This document shows, one piece after another, positions 39,947 through 49,390 of a DNA stretch of 64,000 nt. A program made the translations under genes and the position numbers. Source of the stretch: an uncultured archaeon. Lineage in GTDB: Archaea; Asgardarchaeota; Lokiarchaeia; Sigyniarchaeales; SOKP01. The notes beneath the pieces were generated by a model that was not told the origin of the DNA, made no database searches, and saw only the letters and a list, made by a program, of their open reading frames with translations. The stretch lies in contig CAYLZE010000006.1 in the NCBI GenBank assembly GCA_964388035.1, positions 1 to 64,000 on the forward strand, given 5' to 3'. Numbering within the stretch: the stretch's first letter is position 1; each line of letters starts with the position of its first letter.

Positions 39947-41125
39947 ATGAACAAGGAAAAGCCACAAATATTTATACTTAAAACAAGCCCTGACATAATC
40001 CTGGGAGATTATGCTAAGTTAATGCATTTAGCCGAATATCAAAAAAGATTTCCTAAAAATTTAAAAACTATCATTAAATTAAATCTTAGTTGGTCTAAAT
40101 TCTTTCCTGCATGTTCTAGTCCGCCTTGGCAAGTGGAAGGAGTATTAAAAACTATGGTAGAAGATGGTTATGACCCCAGAAAGCTATTTACAGCAGAGAA
40201 CAGGACGGTAGTCACTAACATAGCGAAGGGATTGACCGGGAATCGTTGGAAGCCGATTATTAAGAAGTATGGTGCTTGGTTCGTTCCTTTAACAAAAATC
40301 CCGTTTGTTCCCTATGATGAGAAGTTGCGCAGTAAGTTTGAAAGCTTGCGGGATGCAGAATTACATGTTTTGGACTCAAAGATATTTCCCAAGGGATTTA
40401 GCATCCCAAAATTTTATGTTGGAAAGCCCATTATTCATTTACCCACCATGAAAACGCACGGTCATACTGGAGCTATGGGAGGGTCACTAAAAAATACTGC
40501 CGAAGCTCAACAGAACGGAGGTATCACGTGTGCGATGAAAAATGCGTTCGGAGGCCTTTTAACTAAGCGGCGACATTACTCGCACGAATATTTAGCTGAA
40601 GTCCTCCTAGATTTGCTCATTATCCAAAAGCAAATCCATCCCGAAATTATGGCCGTGGTTGATGGAACAGTTTGTGGGGATGGGGCTGGTCCTCGCACGA
40701 TGATCCCTCGTATCAAGAATTATATATTAGCGGGCTACGATCAAGTAGCGGTTGATACCGTTGTGGCAAAAATGATGGGATTCGAACCCCTTAAACTCCC
40801 TGCTATTAAATTGGCTCATGATGAGGGATTAGGATGTGGAGATTTCGACCAAATTGAACTCATTGGCGAAGATGTTTCAAATATAAATTGGCATTTCAAT
40901 GTTAAACGGAGTTTGGTCATTTGGGGGGATCAAATGGTGAGAAAAGGATCCTTACAATTTCTTAATCCCCTCATGAGAAATAAATTATTCATGGCCATGC
41001 CAATCATGGGATCACTTATTTATCATGACATGTTATGGTATCCCACAATCGGCAAAAAAAGGGTAAATGATTTTTTCGAAACAGATTGGGGAAGGAAGTT
41101 TTTGAGCTATCCAAATGGCCAATAG
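39947..41125 (+). CDS. DUF362 domain protein
   Basis: IIKLNL, LPTMKTH, CAMKN.FG, DQVAVD. Confidence 0.85.
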   Translation: MNKEKPQIFILKTSPDIILGDYAKLMHLAEYQKRFPKNLKTIIKLNLSWSKFFPACSSPPWQVEGVLKTMVEDGYDPRKLFTAENRTVVTNIAKGLTGNRWKPIIKKYGAWFVPLTKIPFVPYDEKLRSKFESLRDAELHVLDSKIFPKGFSIPKFYVGKPIIHLPTMKTHGHTGAMGGSLKNTAEAQQNGGITCAMKNAFGGLLTKRRHYSHEYLAEVLLDLLIIQKQIHPEIMAVVDGTVCGDGAGPRTMIPRIKNYILAGYDQVAVDTVVAKMMGFEPLKLPAIKLAHDEGLGCGDFDQIELIGEDVSNINWHFNVKRSLVIWGDQMVRKGSLQFLNPLMRNKLFMAMPIMGSLIYHDMLWYPTIGKKRVNDFFETDWGRKFLSYPNGQ

Positions 41126-41179
41126 AATTAAATTATGATTCGTGTAGATGCCATTGAATTTCAAGTCGGGAAAAAATTA

Positions 41180-42184
41180 TCACTGTTTTATCATGATTTC
41201 ACCCAACAAGCTTTCAAGATCGAAGGTTTCTTGCCGACTTATTTTCAGTGCCTGTCCAATAGCGTCTTGTATTTTGGTGGAAAATTGAGGGAGAATCAAC
41301 CTTAAAAGCCCTAATTTTTGTCCTGTCTTTCCAATTTCAGCACTGAACAAGGAATTATTCAATTTATTAATAAATTGAAACGAATCCTTGCAATCAATGA
41401 GAATATTTTCCACATTCATTTTTTTCAATAACCAAGCACAACGATCACCGATCTCTAATAAGGAACAACTCATGGCAGAGGTAATATCCAGATTGATTTC
41501 ATGTTCTTTAATGTTTTTAAAAACTTTTGAGGCAATAACTCCCCCTTCCAGAGATATAAAAGCATACTTTAAATCCGGTAGGGTAAGTGAAAAAGCATTT
41601 AAACTATCTTGTAACTCTTTTGCTATGCTTGAAGGGATGCTAAATGAAGGATTCGTAATTCTATAATCCGATTCTTCATCATCTTTTAATTTAAATCCTC
41701 CCATGATATGGTCGGTTTCTTCTTCGGTAAATTCGATTAAAGGAGGTTTAAAAGATTTTCCTGAAGTAATCAGCGCGGCCTTAATTTTCTTTAAGCTCTC
41801 TCCCGTTTGTAAAAATATTCCCCCTAGATTCACCTTAGGATGAGCAGTAATCGCGATGAAGAATTCATTCTGATTATCAACAAGCCCCATATCTTTAATA
41901 ATTTCATCTAGATTTGCGTGTAGAGGATTATTCAATGGAGCAATCAATATTTTAGCATTTTTACCCTCGATGAGGATGTATTTCAAATCTTTGGGATGCA
42001 GATGGATGCCAACATTAAATACTGCGCTGGTAGCTGAAGAAACATTGAAGATTTCTTTTTTGGAAAACCAAATTCCCGTTGATTGAATGGGATTTCCATC
42101 CCTTTGGGTTAACACCACATTCTCTACCCCTTTCAAATGCTTTATTTGTTCCAATGATAGCTTGATTCTTTCATTTAGATCCAA
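41180..42184 (-). CDS. tandem roadblock/LAMTOR-like domain protein
   Basis: Two roadblock-like units (GVENVVLTQRDGNPI...ILIEG and LKYAFISLEGGVIAS...SAMS...ILID..LGLL). Confidence 0.75.
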   Translation of the reverse strand: MDLNERIKLSLEQIKHLKGVENVVLTQRDGNPIQSTGIWFSKKEIFNVSSATSAVFNVGIHLHPKDLKYILIEGKNAKILIAPLNNPLHANLDEIIKDMGLVDNQNEFFIAITAHPKVNLGGIFLQTGESLKKIKAALITSGKSFKPPLIEFTEEETDHIMGGFKLKDDEESDYRITNPSFSIPSSIAKELQDSLNAFSLTLPDLKYAFISLEGGVIASKVFKNIKEHEINLDITSAMSCSLLEIGDRCAWLLKKMNVENILIDCKDSFQFINKLNNSLFSAEIGKTGQKLGLLRLILPQFSTKIQDAIGQALKISRQETFDLESLLGEIMIKQ

Positions 42185-42372
42185 TTTAGATTACCTCTTT
42201 TTAATACTACTTTTTTTAAAGAATAGTTATAAACTACCCGATTTATGATGGATCGTTCCCTCCATTCAAAATATAAAATAACAAGCTTAGAAAAATAAGT
42301 ATAAATCTGGGTTAAAAAAAAAGTAATTTCTTATTATGATTCCAATCAGGATGAAGTATAAATAAATTTAAA

Positions 42373-43059
42373 TTAAAAGTATAATCCCCTGAGGAACTTA
42401 TTAATTATTGTTTTGGCATGTACGAGAGGCGAGGATAAAACTCCTGCGCTTCTTGATTGTCTTGAAAATAAAGCTTTTTTAATATCCTCTTCATCAGATA
42501 TTAATTCTTTTTTAAGCAGGGTAAACCCATTCCCAATTTCATTCATGGTATGAGCATCAGAGCCTCCCGTTTCAAAGAAGTGAAATTTCCTGTTAAAATC
42601 TCTAGCTTTTTCAATACATTGCCTAAAAATTATCCTAGAATTCATTATCTCAATTCCATCAATACAGCCTAATAAAGATTCATCCCCTAATTGATCAATT
42701 TTAAGACGATTAGCCCGTAAAAAATCAAATGGATGGGGAATCACGATTAAACCTCCATCTTGTTTGATCTTATCCACAATTTCAAAAAAAAAATTATTGG
42801 TAGTTTTTATTTCATCATGAATGAAAAGGGCAAGAATTTCTCCCCTGTCCGTTTCAATTTCCATTCCCGGGATTAAATAAAAATCATCCGAATTGAAGTT
42901 TCTTTTTAGTAATTTCCACGCATCTAATGTCCCATGGTCGCAAATTGCCAAACCATCCAAGTTTTTTTTTAAGGCGTGCCTAATTAGATCTTGGGGGGAA
43001 ATTGTTGAATCCTTCGAATAAATTGTATGTACGTGTAGATCTAATTTTAACAGAGACAT
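42373..43059 (-). CDS. PHP-domain phosphoesterase
   Basis: DLHVHT.YS.D, CDH, GMEI, PHP, GGSDAH. Confidence 0.92.
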   Translation of the reverse strand: MSLLKLDLHVHTIYSKDSTISPQDLIRHALKKNLDGLAICDHGTLDAWKLLKRNFNSDDFYLIPGMEIETDRGEILALFIHDEIKTTNNFFFEIVDKIKQDGGLIVIPHPFDFLRANRLKIDQLGDESLLGCIDGIEIMNSRIIFRQCIEKARDFNRKFHFFETGGSDAHTMNEIGNGFTLLKKELISDEEDIKKALFSRQSRSAGVLSSPLVHAKTIINKFLRGLYF

Positions 43060-43071
43060 TAATAAGATCGC

Positions 43072-44019
43072 CTATGAAATTCCAAATAGAGTGATTAAAA
43101 AATTTAATACCGCATTAAAGTAAAAAGAATAAGCCAAAATCAAGAAAAGAATGACCCCGGCTATGATGATCCCCTTATCAAAAAATACAAGCTCAGGGTT
43201 TCTAGCTATTTTAGGCTTTGATGAAGTTAAATACATGTAGCGCATTAAAATGTAAAGTAATAGTGGGATGGTAAGAACTACAAAATATTGTTGAATATTT
43301 ACTTCTTCAGCGGAAAATAACTTAAAACTTAATATGAGATAAAGAGAATAGGTCATAAATAAAGAAGCTGCAATTAAAATGTGAAATTGGTCTAATAATT
43401 TGGCAGAATACTGATCATAAGACTTTTTATGCTCAATAGCATTTTCTTTTCCTAAGAGTAATAAATCTCCCTTCCTTTTCGCGATTACTAAAAATAAAGC
43501 CAGTTCAATAATCGCAAGAAATAACCAAGCAGATATAAACACGTTTATTAATAAACATCCTGCCAATGCCCTCCACAAATAACCTAGAGAAAGGATGAGG
43601 ATATCGATAAATGCAAACTTCTTAAAAAGATGGTTATACGATTGCCCCGTTATTAAAATCAAAAGGATCATCAATATAAAATTCCAATTTTGGATAAAAA
43701 AAATGAAACACGAGATAATAAATCCTATTAAGAGAAGGAGAATAATGATTCCACTCATTATAGAAAGTTCTCCTGATGCAAGAGGTTTCTTTTTCAACTT
43801 TTCTGGATGCTTTTTATCGTTCTCGATATCAACGATATCATTGATAATATAATTGATGGAGGAGGTAAAGCATAATAAAACAAAGCCTAAAATGAGAAGG
43901 GGATATAAATTAAAATTCAAAATATTTTTACTGAAAAAAGCACCAACGAATACTAAACCATTTTTATAATATTGGCGAATCCTTAAAAGATTGGAAATAC
44001 ATTTTATTTTATTTTTCAT
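43072..44019 (-). CDS. UbiA family prenyl/phosphoribosyl transferase (decaprenyl-phosphate phosphoribosyltransferase-like)
   Basis: RQYYKN, YIINDIVDIENDKKHP..KPLASG, AKR. Confidence 0.85.
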   Translation of the reverse strand: MKNKIKCISNLLRIRQYYKNGLVFVGAFFSKNILNFNLYPLLILGFVLLCFTSSINYIINDIVDIENDKKHPEKLKKKPLASGELSIMSGIIILLLLIGFIISCFIFFIQNWNFILMILLILITGQSYNHLFKKFAFIDILILSLGYLWRALAGCLLINVFISAWLFLAIIELALFLVIAKRKGDLLLLGKENAIEHKKSYDQYSAKLLDQFHILIAASLFMTYSLYLILSFKLFSAEEVNIQQYFVVLTIPLLLYILMRYMYLTSSKPKIARNPELVFFDKGIIIAGVILFLILAYSFYFNAVLNFLITLFGIS

Positions 44020-44056
44020 ATAATTCTTGTAAATCTATATGAAAATTAAACTTTTT

Positions 44057-46588
44057 TCAGATGATTTCTTTGGGTCTAACTTTCCTTAGAACAAGATATC
44101 CTATTTTACTGAAAATGCTTGTATCACTTTTTTTCTGAATGAACGCGGTGTCCTCCTTAAATGAAATTGCCTCGACTTTTTTACTAGGTAATTGGATGAT
44201 CTGTCCAAATATATTTTCTAAAACTAAAATAAATTCAGCATTATCTATTAATTTGGAATTATGGTCTATTTCCTCTTTATCTTCAAATTCGATTTTTTTA
44301 ATATATCCCAATTCGATATTATTCACCGGCTTTTTTAAAAAAATAGTTGCTCGAATTTGCGCTTTTATCATCCAATTTAAAATTTCGATAATAGAATCTT
44401 TTTCTTCCTGACGCTTTCGCATGGAAACATGGATATTTTTAGGATGGATAATGAGATCACTCATTCTAAGATTAACCTTATCTTCCCCGTTATTTCCGGA
44501 ACTTAACTCAATTTCGTAATTTTTTACAGTATCGTCGGTTTTAATATTTAGACATTTAAACAATTTTGTCATGCCTTTAACTTTCATAAAAACCATTTTT
44601 CCCTCTAGATGTTCAATAAAATTGATAGGATTCGGTAACTTGCATTTCTCAATTGATTTCAATATCTCATCATTTTTCTGATTGGTAAAGACATAAAACC
44701 CATTGGTTCTCTCCTCATTGAGGTCAATTCTATCTAATTTTAAAGGCTTTGAATTATTAAGTAAGTATTCTTGATTTAACTTTATAGCAGTTCTAGTAAA
44801 AAGAGATGAAGATAAAACACTAATGTGTCCATTATTAATATCTTTTACAATTAATTTATCTGGATCGGTAATATCATCTTCAAATTGTACGTCTATCATT
44901 TTTCCTATTACAATTTGTTTATCCATCTTATTTCTGAAGAGAAAATCCTGGTTAAGATCAAGTTTATATTTAGTCTTTTTATCGAGTCTTTGCATGAGGG
45001 ACGCAATGTTTTGAACATCAAAAAAAACTTTAAATTTATTGTTAGCTATTTCTTTGAATTTGTTCCTAGCGATTTCAAATTTTCGAGAATATTTCTCTTG
45101 CTCTTTTTTGGATAATAGGAGAAAGGGAAGTATGGCTTCCTTTTTAGGATTTAATCCGTCATCTAGTAAAGCAACAAGCCTGAAAAAGGTCGGCGGGTGA
45201 GAATTGAGAAAATTGGCCAGTAGCGACGTTTTAGAGGGTTTAATCATGGAATTATTAATATATTGAGCGGTTTCAAGATAATCTAACATTTGATTCTCGC
45301 GAGTAATTTTTTCATCGCTTAAAAGCATGGTATTAAGACCTATTTCCCGACCTACGGCATAGAAACTTTCTAAATTGTATAATGCAGTGGCAAGTTCCTT
45401 TCCATAACCTGCTTTTTTTGATCTTAGATCCGCATTCCCTTCTAAAAGACGTACAAAAATATAGAGAAAAGCATAAATCCCCACGTTTAATAAAATAAAT
45501 CCTAGCAAGGGTATTCTAGGTTCTCCAAATGTATAATCATAATACGTCGCAGGTAATCCTAAAATCATCCTAAATACCAAATCAAGAGAAGTGATGACAG
45601 TTAATATTAGTGTATGATTTCCTTTCGTGTGGGATAATTCATGGGCAACGATTCCTTCCAGCTCCGCTTTAGGAATTTCATTTAAGTCTGATGCAATGAT
45701 TGCAATCCTTTTATCAAAAACAGGGCCATAAGCCATGGCATTAAGAATGGGATATTTTCCGAAACCCGTTTTTACTTTTCCTTTTATGCCCAGTTTATTT
45801 TTAACATCATTAACTGTGTTTAATATCTCGTCATTATTCGATATTCTTCTAATTCCAAGCATTTTATCCAAAATTGGTCCCGAACTGAAATATACCAGCC
45901 AATTCACTAATATCAATACAAAATAAATATTGAAAATCAGATTTCCTAAAGTTAATTCATCAAAATTTAAGGGTGTATTCTGATTAAATTTTAGAGGGGT
46001 GTATTGATCTACGAATACTACTGCTATCCACGCCAATATATATAAAAATAAAGTCAGATAAGATGGACTCATGAATCTCCATACTACGATGTATTTTCTC
46101 CCGAATAAAAGGAATCCCAAACCCAAAATGATCCAAAAAGAGAAAGCAAAAGAAGTATTGAGAACGATAGGATTCTGAATAAAAAAAGAAATCAACCCCG
46201 CTATAAAGATTACATTGTAAGTTATTAGAGAAATCACCAGGATCTTATTCAACACGGGATAATCTTTCAGTTCAAATACTCCTACCCATAAATAAATTGC
46301 AAAGGCTCCCATGAGAGACGTCATTAAATCATTTGTAAAAAGCAAGATCAAAAAAAAGAAAAATAGAATAGCAACCACATCAGACATTTCACTACGTTTA
46401 CCAACTTTAATCCAAGAATAGAACTCCTCTACTGAAAATATGTAAAATAACACCATCGGATAAAAAGTCCAATTGAATAGCAGAGGATTCCAATTATTAT
46501 GAAGCACCAAAATAAAATAAAGAATGAAGGAAATAATGGAAGTTGTTATGTAAGCAAGACCTAGAATACTTCTATAAAATTTTCTCAA
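44057..46588 (-). CDS. multi-TM M48 zinc metallopeptidase (HtpX/Ste24-like) with large C-terminal extension
   Basis: NAMA, HELSH, EGNAD and SHPP motifs; about seven N-terminal TM helices. Confidence 0.85.
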   Translation of the reverse strand: MRKFYRSILGLAYITTSIISFILYFILVLHNNWNPLLFNWTFYPMVLFYIFSVEEFYSWIKVGKRSEMSDVVAILFFFFLILLFTNDLMTSLMGAFAIYLWVGVFELKDYPVLNKILVISLITYNVIFIAGLISFFIQNPIVLNTSFAFSFWIILGLGFLLFGRKYIVVWRFMSPSYLTLFLYILAWIAVVFVDQYTPLKFNQNTPLNFDELTLGNLIFNIYFVLILVNWLVYFSSGPILDKMLGIRRISNNDEILNTVNDVKNKLGIKGKVKTGFGKYPILNAMAYGPVFDKRIAIIASDLNEIPKAELEGIVAHELSHTKGNHTLILTVITSLDLVFRMILGLPATYYDYTFGEPRIPLLGFILLNVGIYAFLYIFVRLLEGNADLRSKKAGYGKELATALYNLESFYAVGREIGLNTMLLSDEKITRENQMLDYLETAQYINNSMIKPSKTSLLANFLNSHPPTFFRLVALLDDGLNPKKEAILPFLLLSKKEQEKYSRKFEIARNKFKEIANNKFKVFFDVQNIASLMQRLDKKTKYKLDLNQDFLFRNKMDKQIVIGKMIDVQFEDDITDPDKLIVKDINNGHISVLSSSLFTRTAIKLNQEYLLNNSKPLKLDRIDLNEERTNGFYVFTNQKNDEILKSIEKCKLPNPINFIEHLEGKMVFMKVKGMTKLFKCLNIKTDDTVKNYEIELSSGNNGEDKVNLRMSDLIIHPKNIHVSMRKRQEEKDSIIEILNWMIKAQIRATIFLKKPVNNIELGYIKKIEFEDKEEIDHNSKLIDNAEFILVLENIFGQIIQLPSKKVEAISFKEDTAFIQKKSDTSIFSKIGYLVLRKVRPKEII

Positions 46589-46776
46589 ATAATTAACCTA
46601 TCATGTTTATTCTTCTCTATTTGACATCGTGTTAATATAATCTATATAGTGATCGTAATATAAAGTTCGATAAAAAAGTCTTCTTTTCTAAATTAATTAT
46701 TTTTCTTTTTTTTCAAAAAGCAATATAATTTTTACTTGAATGCTTGCTTGCGCCTGATATTTTATTCTTTATAAGT

Positions 46777-48141
46777 TTATAGAGGGGACTGTTTCATTTT
46801 ATTTACAACATGATTAAAATATTTAATAGTAATTACATACCAAATGATAAGGAAAGGTATCGTAATTATTAAGGACAAAATTATATTTATGGGTATTTGG
46901 ATCGATAAAATTTCTAAATGTTCAAATTCTATAGGCATGATGTATATCTCGATAAAAATTAGAAATATACATCCACCTAATAAAAGTAATGCCATTAACA
47001 CGATTATTCCCCTTATTCTGGGTCGATAATAGGATAAAATGATGACGGGTATTAACATTATCAAGGAAAGTAATAGGGTAAGAGAAAGTTCCATCCTTCC
47101 CACGCTAAATAACATTAAGAAAGTAGTAATTATTGAAAAAAATCCACAAATAATCGAAATTATATAAATATTTTTTACTAAAACGGGTTCAGTCAAAGGT
47201 CCTCTTGCTAATATTAATCTTGGTAAGGTTAACACTGCTCTCTTTTTATCTGATGCAGCAATTCTATCATCTTCCAAGAGAATTATGTCACTGTTAGCTT
47301 TTTGAATACTTGCGCTTTCTAAAAAACCTCGAACAGAACTGAGGACATAAAAACTATTAAATATATGAATTAAAAGTGCTGAAAAAACAGCAGCTTCAAG
47401 GGAGCCAAACAAAGCAATACACGCAATCATCGAACCCATACTTAAAGTCCCTATATCTCCCGGAAAAGCACGGGCGGGATATCGATTTAATAGGAAAAAA
47501 GGAATGATTGCTGCGATTCCAACAATACAGAAGAGGATTGCTTCCGCTGAATCCCAAATCATTGCACAAATTAAGATAAACACGCAAGCTATCAAACAAG
47601 TACCAGATCCCTCCCCATTATATCCCTCTAACATGTTAACCGTATTCGCAAAAACTGCCACTATTAAGGGAGCTGCCAGAGGATAAATTACAGTTAATCG
47701 TAATTTCCCTAGAATCGGAATAGTAGGAGAAGTAATATTAATTAATGAAAAATAATTGGCAATAAAAATAACACTTCCCGTGAAAAGAGTAAGTATAATT
47801 TTAACAAAAGAGCGAAGCTTTAAACGATCATCAAAAAAACCAATGAGTGCAGAAAGAATTATGGTTATTAAGAATATTAGGATTTCGTTAATAAAAAGAG
47901 GGAAAAATAATATTAATAATACCGAACCAATCGCGAGTCCGATGACGATAATTGTCCCTCCCGATTCAGGTACTTCTGGTCTCTGGTTTTTATGAATATC
48001 GTATCCAACATATCCTTTTTTCTTAAGAAATTTGAGAATATGAGGAGAAAGGATGAACATCACGATAAAAATTATCGCAAATATAATAGCAAGATAAATT
48101 ATCTCTAAAATACCCCAATGTAAATCTAAAAATGAGGTCAT
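46777..48141 (-). CDS. UDP-GlcNAc:dolichyl-phosphate GlcNAc-1-phosphotransferase (GPT/AglH/Alg7-like)
   Basis: GYDIHK..RP.VPESGG, GFFDD, NTVNMLEGYNG, FPGDIG. Confidence 0.88.
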   Translation of the reverse strand: MTSFLDLHWGILEIIYLAIIFAIIFIVMFILSPHILKFLKKKGYVGYDIHKNQRPEVPESGGTIIVIGLAIGSVLLILFFPLFINEILIFLITIILSALIGFFDDRLKLRSFVKIILTLFTGSVIFIANYFSLINITSPTIPILGKLRLTVIYPLAAPLIVAVFANTVNMLEGYNGEGSGTCLIACVFILICAMIWDSAEAILFCIVGIAAIIPFFLLNRYPARAFPGDIGTLSMGSMIACIALFGSLEAAVFSALLIHIFNSFYVLSSVRGFLESASIQKANSDIILLEDDRIAASDKKRAVLTLPRLILARGPLTEPVLVKNIYIISIICGFFSIITTFLMLFSVGRMELSLTLLLSLIMLIPVIILSYYRPRIRGIIVLMALLLLGGCIFLIFIEIYIMPIEFEHLEILSIQIPINIILSLIITIPFLIIWYVITIKYFNHVVNKMKQSPL

Positions 48142-48394
48142 GATGATTTTTTAAATTATTCCTTTAAAAAAATCTTTTTCCAAATAATATCCTAACAAGC
48201 AATAAATCTCTAATTTTGTAAGAATGATGCTTAAAGAAAAAAAGATTGAAGAAATGTTTTAATGAAGTGATTTTCAATGTTCGAATTTATAATATATAGC
48301 GTAAATCTCCAAAATACACTCTCCACTACCAGGATAAAAAAGCGGATTATCTAATTTTCCCAATCTATATATTCAATAAGGGAATTTAGAGTAA

Positions 48395-48467
48395 TAGTCC
48401 CGTCCGGATTTGAACCGGAGTCTCAGGGTTCAAGGCCCCATATGCTTGGCCGCTACACCACGGGACT
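48395..48467 (-). tRNA. tRNA-Gln (anticodon UUG), atypical anticodon arm
   Basis: AGTCCCG/CGGGACT acceptor with A1-U72 typical of archaeal tRNA-Gln; D arm GTGTAGCGGCCAAGCAT; loop CCTTGAA; T arm TCCGG-TTCAAAT-CCGGA. Confidence 0.88.
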
Positions 48468-48678
48468 AAAGAATCGGCAACAATATTTGATGATAAAGGG
48501 TTAAGTGAAAAAACAATATTGTTGTAATATTAAAATGATCTAGTATTAAAAATATAACGAGATATTAATTTTTTATTATTTTTACCACTATTCTATAGTA
48601 CAAAACCTCTAACTAATGGGAGAAGTTTTTTCAAAACACGCAAATTAAAAATCATTTAGCGCATGAATAAAATGGGAT

Positions 48679-49308
48679 TTAATGAGTAAGATTAAATGGT
48701 TTTAAATCTACCAATAATAAATCTTTTTCAATTAACTTTTTATTTTCTTCAAGGAATTTGATATCTTTTTCTTTATCCCGATATTGATCTGGGAGCATTT
48801 GCGGAATTGTTTCTACAATGGGATACCAACGATTACATTCTTTACAGAAGAGTAATCCTGTTTCGATTTCCACCTCTAATTTGAGCTGGTTTATAAAGAA
48901 AAGTTCGGGTAATACGCAATTAATCTCCTCCTTGGTCATGTTCCGGGAAACTTCCTTTAATTTTTCCTTGATCGTTGTCTTACTCAATTCAAAACATTTT
49001 TTAGCTAATTCATTGGAAGATCTATCCTCAACATGATCAAATTCTTCAATACTTGAGAGAATTTTTTCAATATACTTGCCGAATTCCGTGAATTCTAAAA
49101 TAATATTATCCTTAATGAGCGTTTTCCCGTTTTCTTCGGATATCAATATTATTTCTTTTTGATCAATAACCTTCATATCTCTATTAATAAAGGTGTCCAA
49201 CATGGATTGAATTGATTCATTAGAGGTTTCATAGCTAAAAATCTTTAATTCCAAGGGGTAATATTTATCAATTGGGCAAGCAAGGATGTCAAAAAGCCAC
49301 GGTTTCAT
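48679..49308 (-). CDS. Trm112 family methyltransferase activator with long insertion
   Basis: MKPWLFDILACP..PLEL and EIETGLLFCKECNRWYPIVETIPQML. Confidence 0.85.
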   Translation of the reverse strand: MKPWLFDILACPIDKYYPLELKIFSYETSNESIQSMLDTFINRDMKVIDQKEIILISEENGKTLIKDNIILEFTEFGKYIEKILSSIEEFDHVEDRSSNELAKKCFELSKTTIKEKLKEVSRNMTKEEINCVLPELFFINQLKLEVEIETGLLFCKECNRWYPIVETIPQMLPDQYRDKEKDIKFLEENKKLIEKDLLLVDLKPFNLTH

Positions 49309-49390
49309 TTTAATTCACCAATATAAATTTTTATAAATTAAAGGTAAGAAAATATTTATACTTTTTATACCTTGATGTGATATCTTTCAA

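Noticed and set aside
48395-48467. Reading the tRNA anticodon as TGA (Ser)
   Set aside because: Shifting the loop destroys the anticodon stem; there is no long variable arm, and the acceptor and D arm are Gln-type
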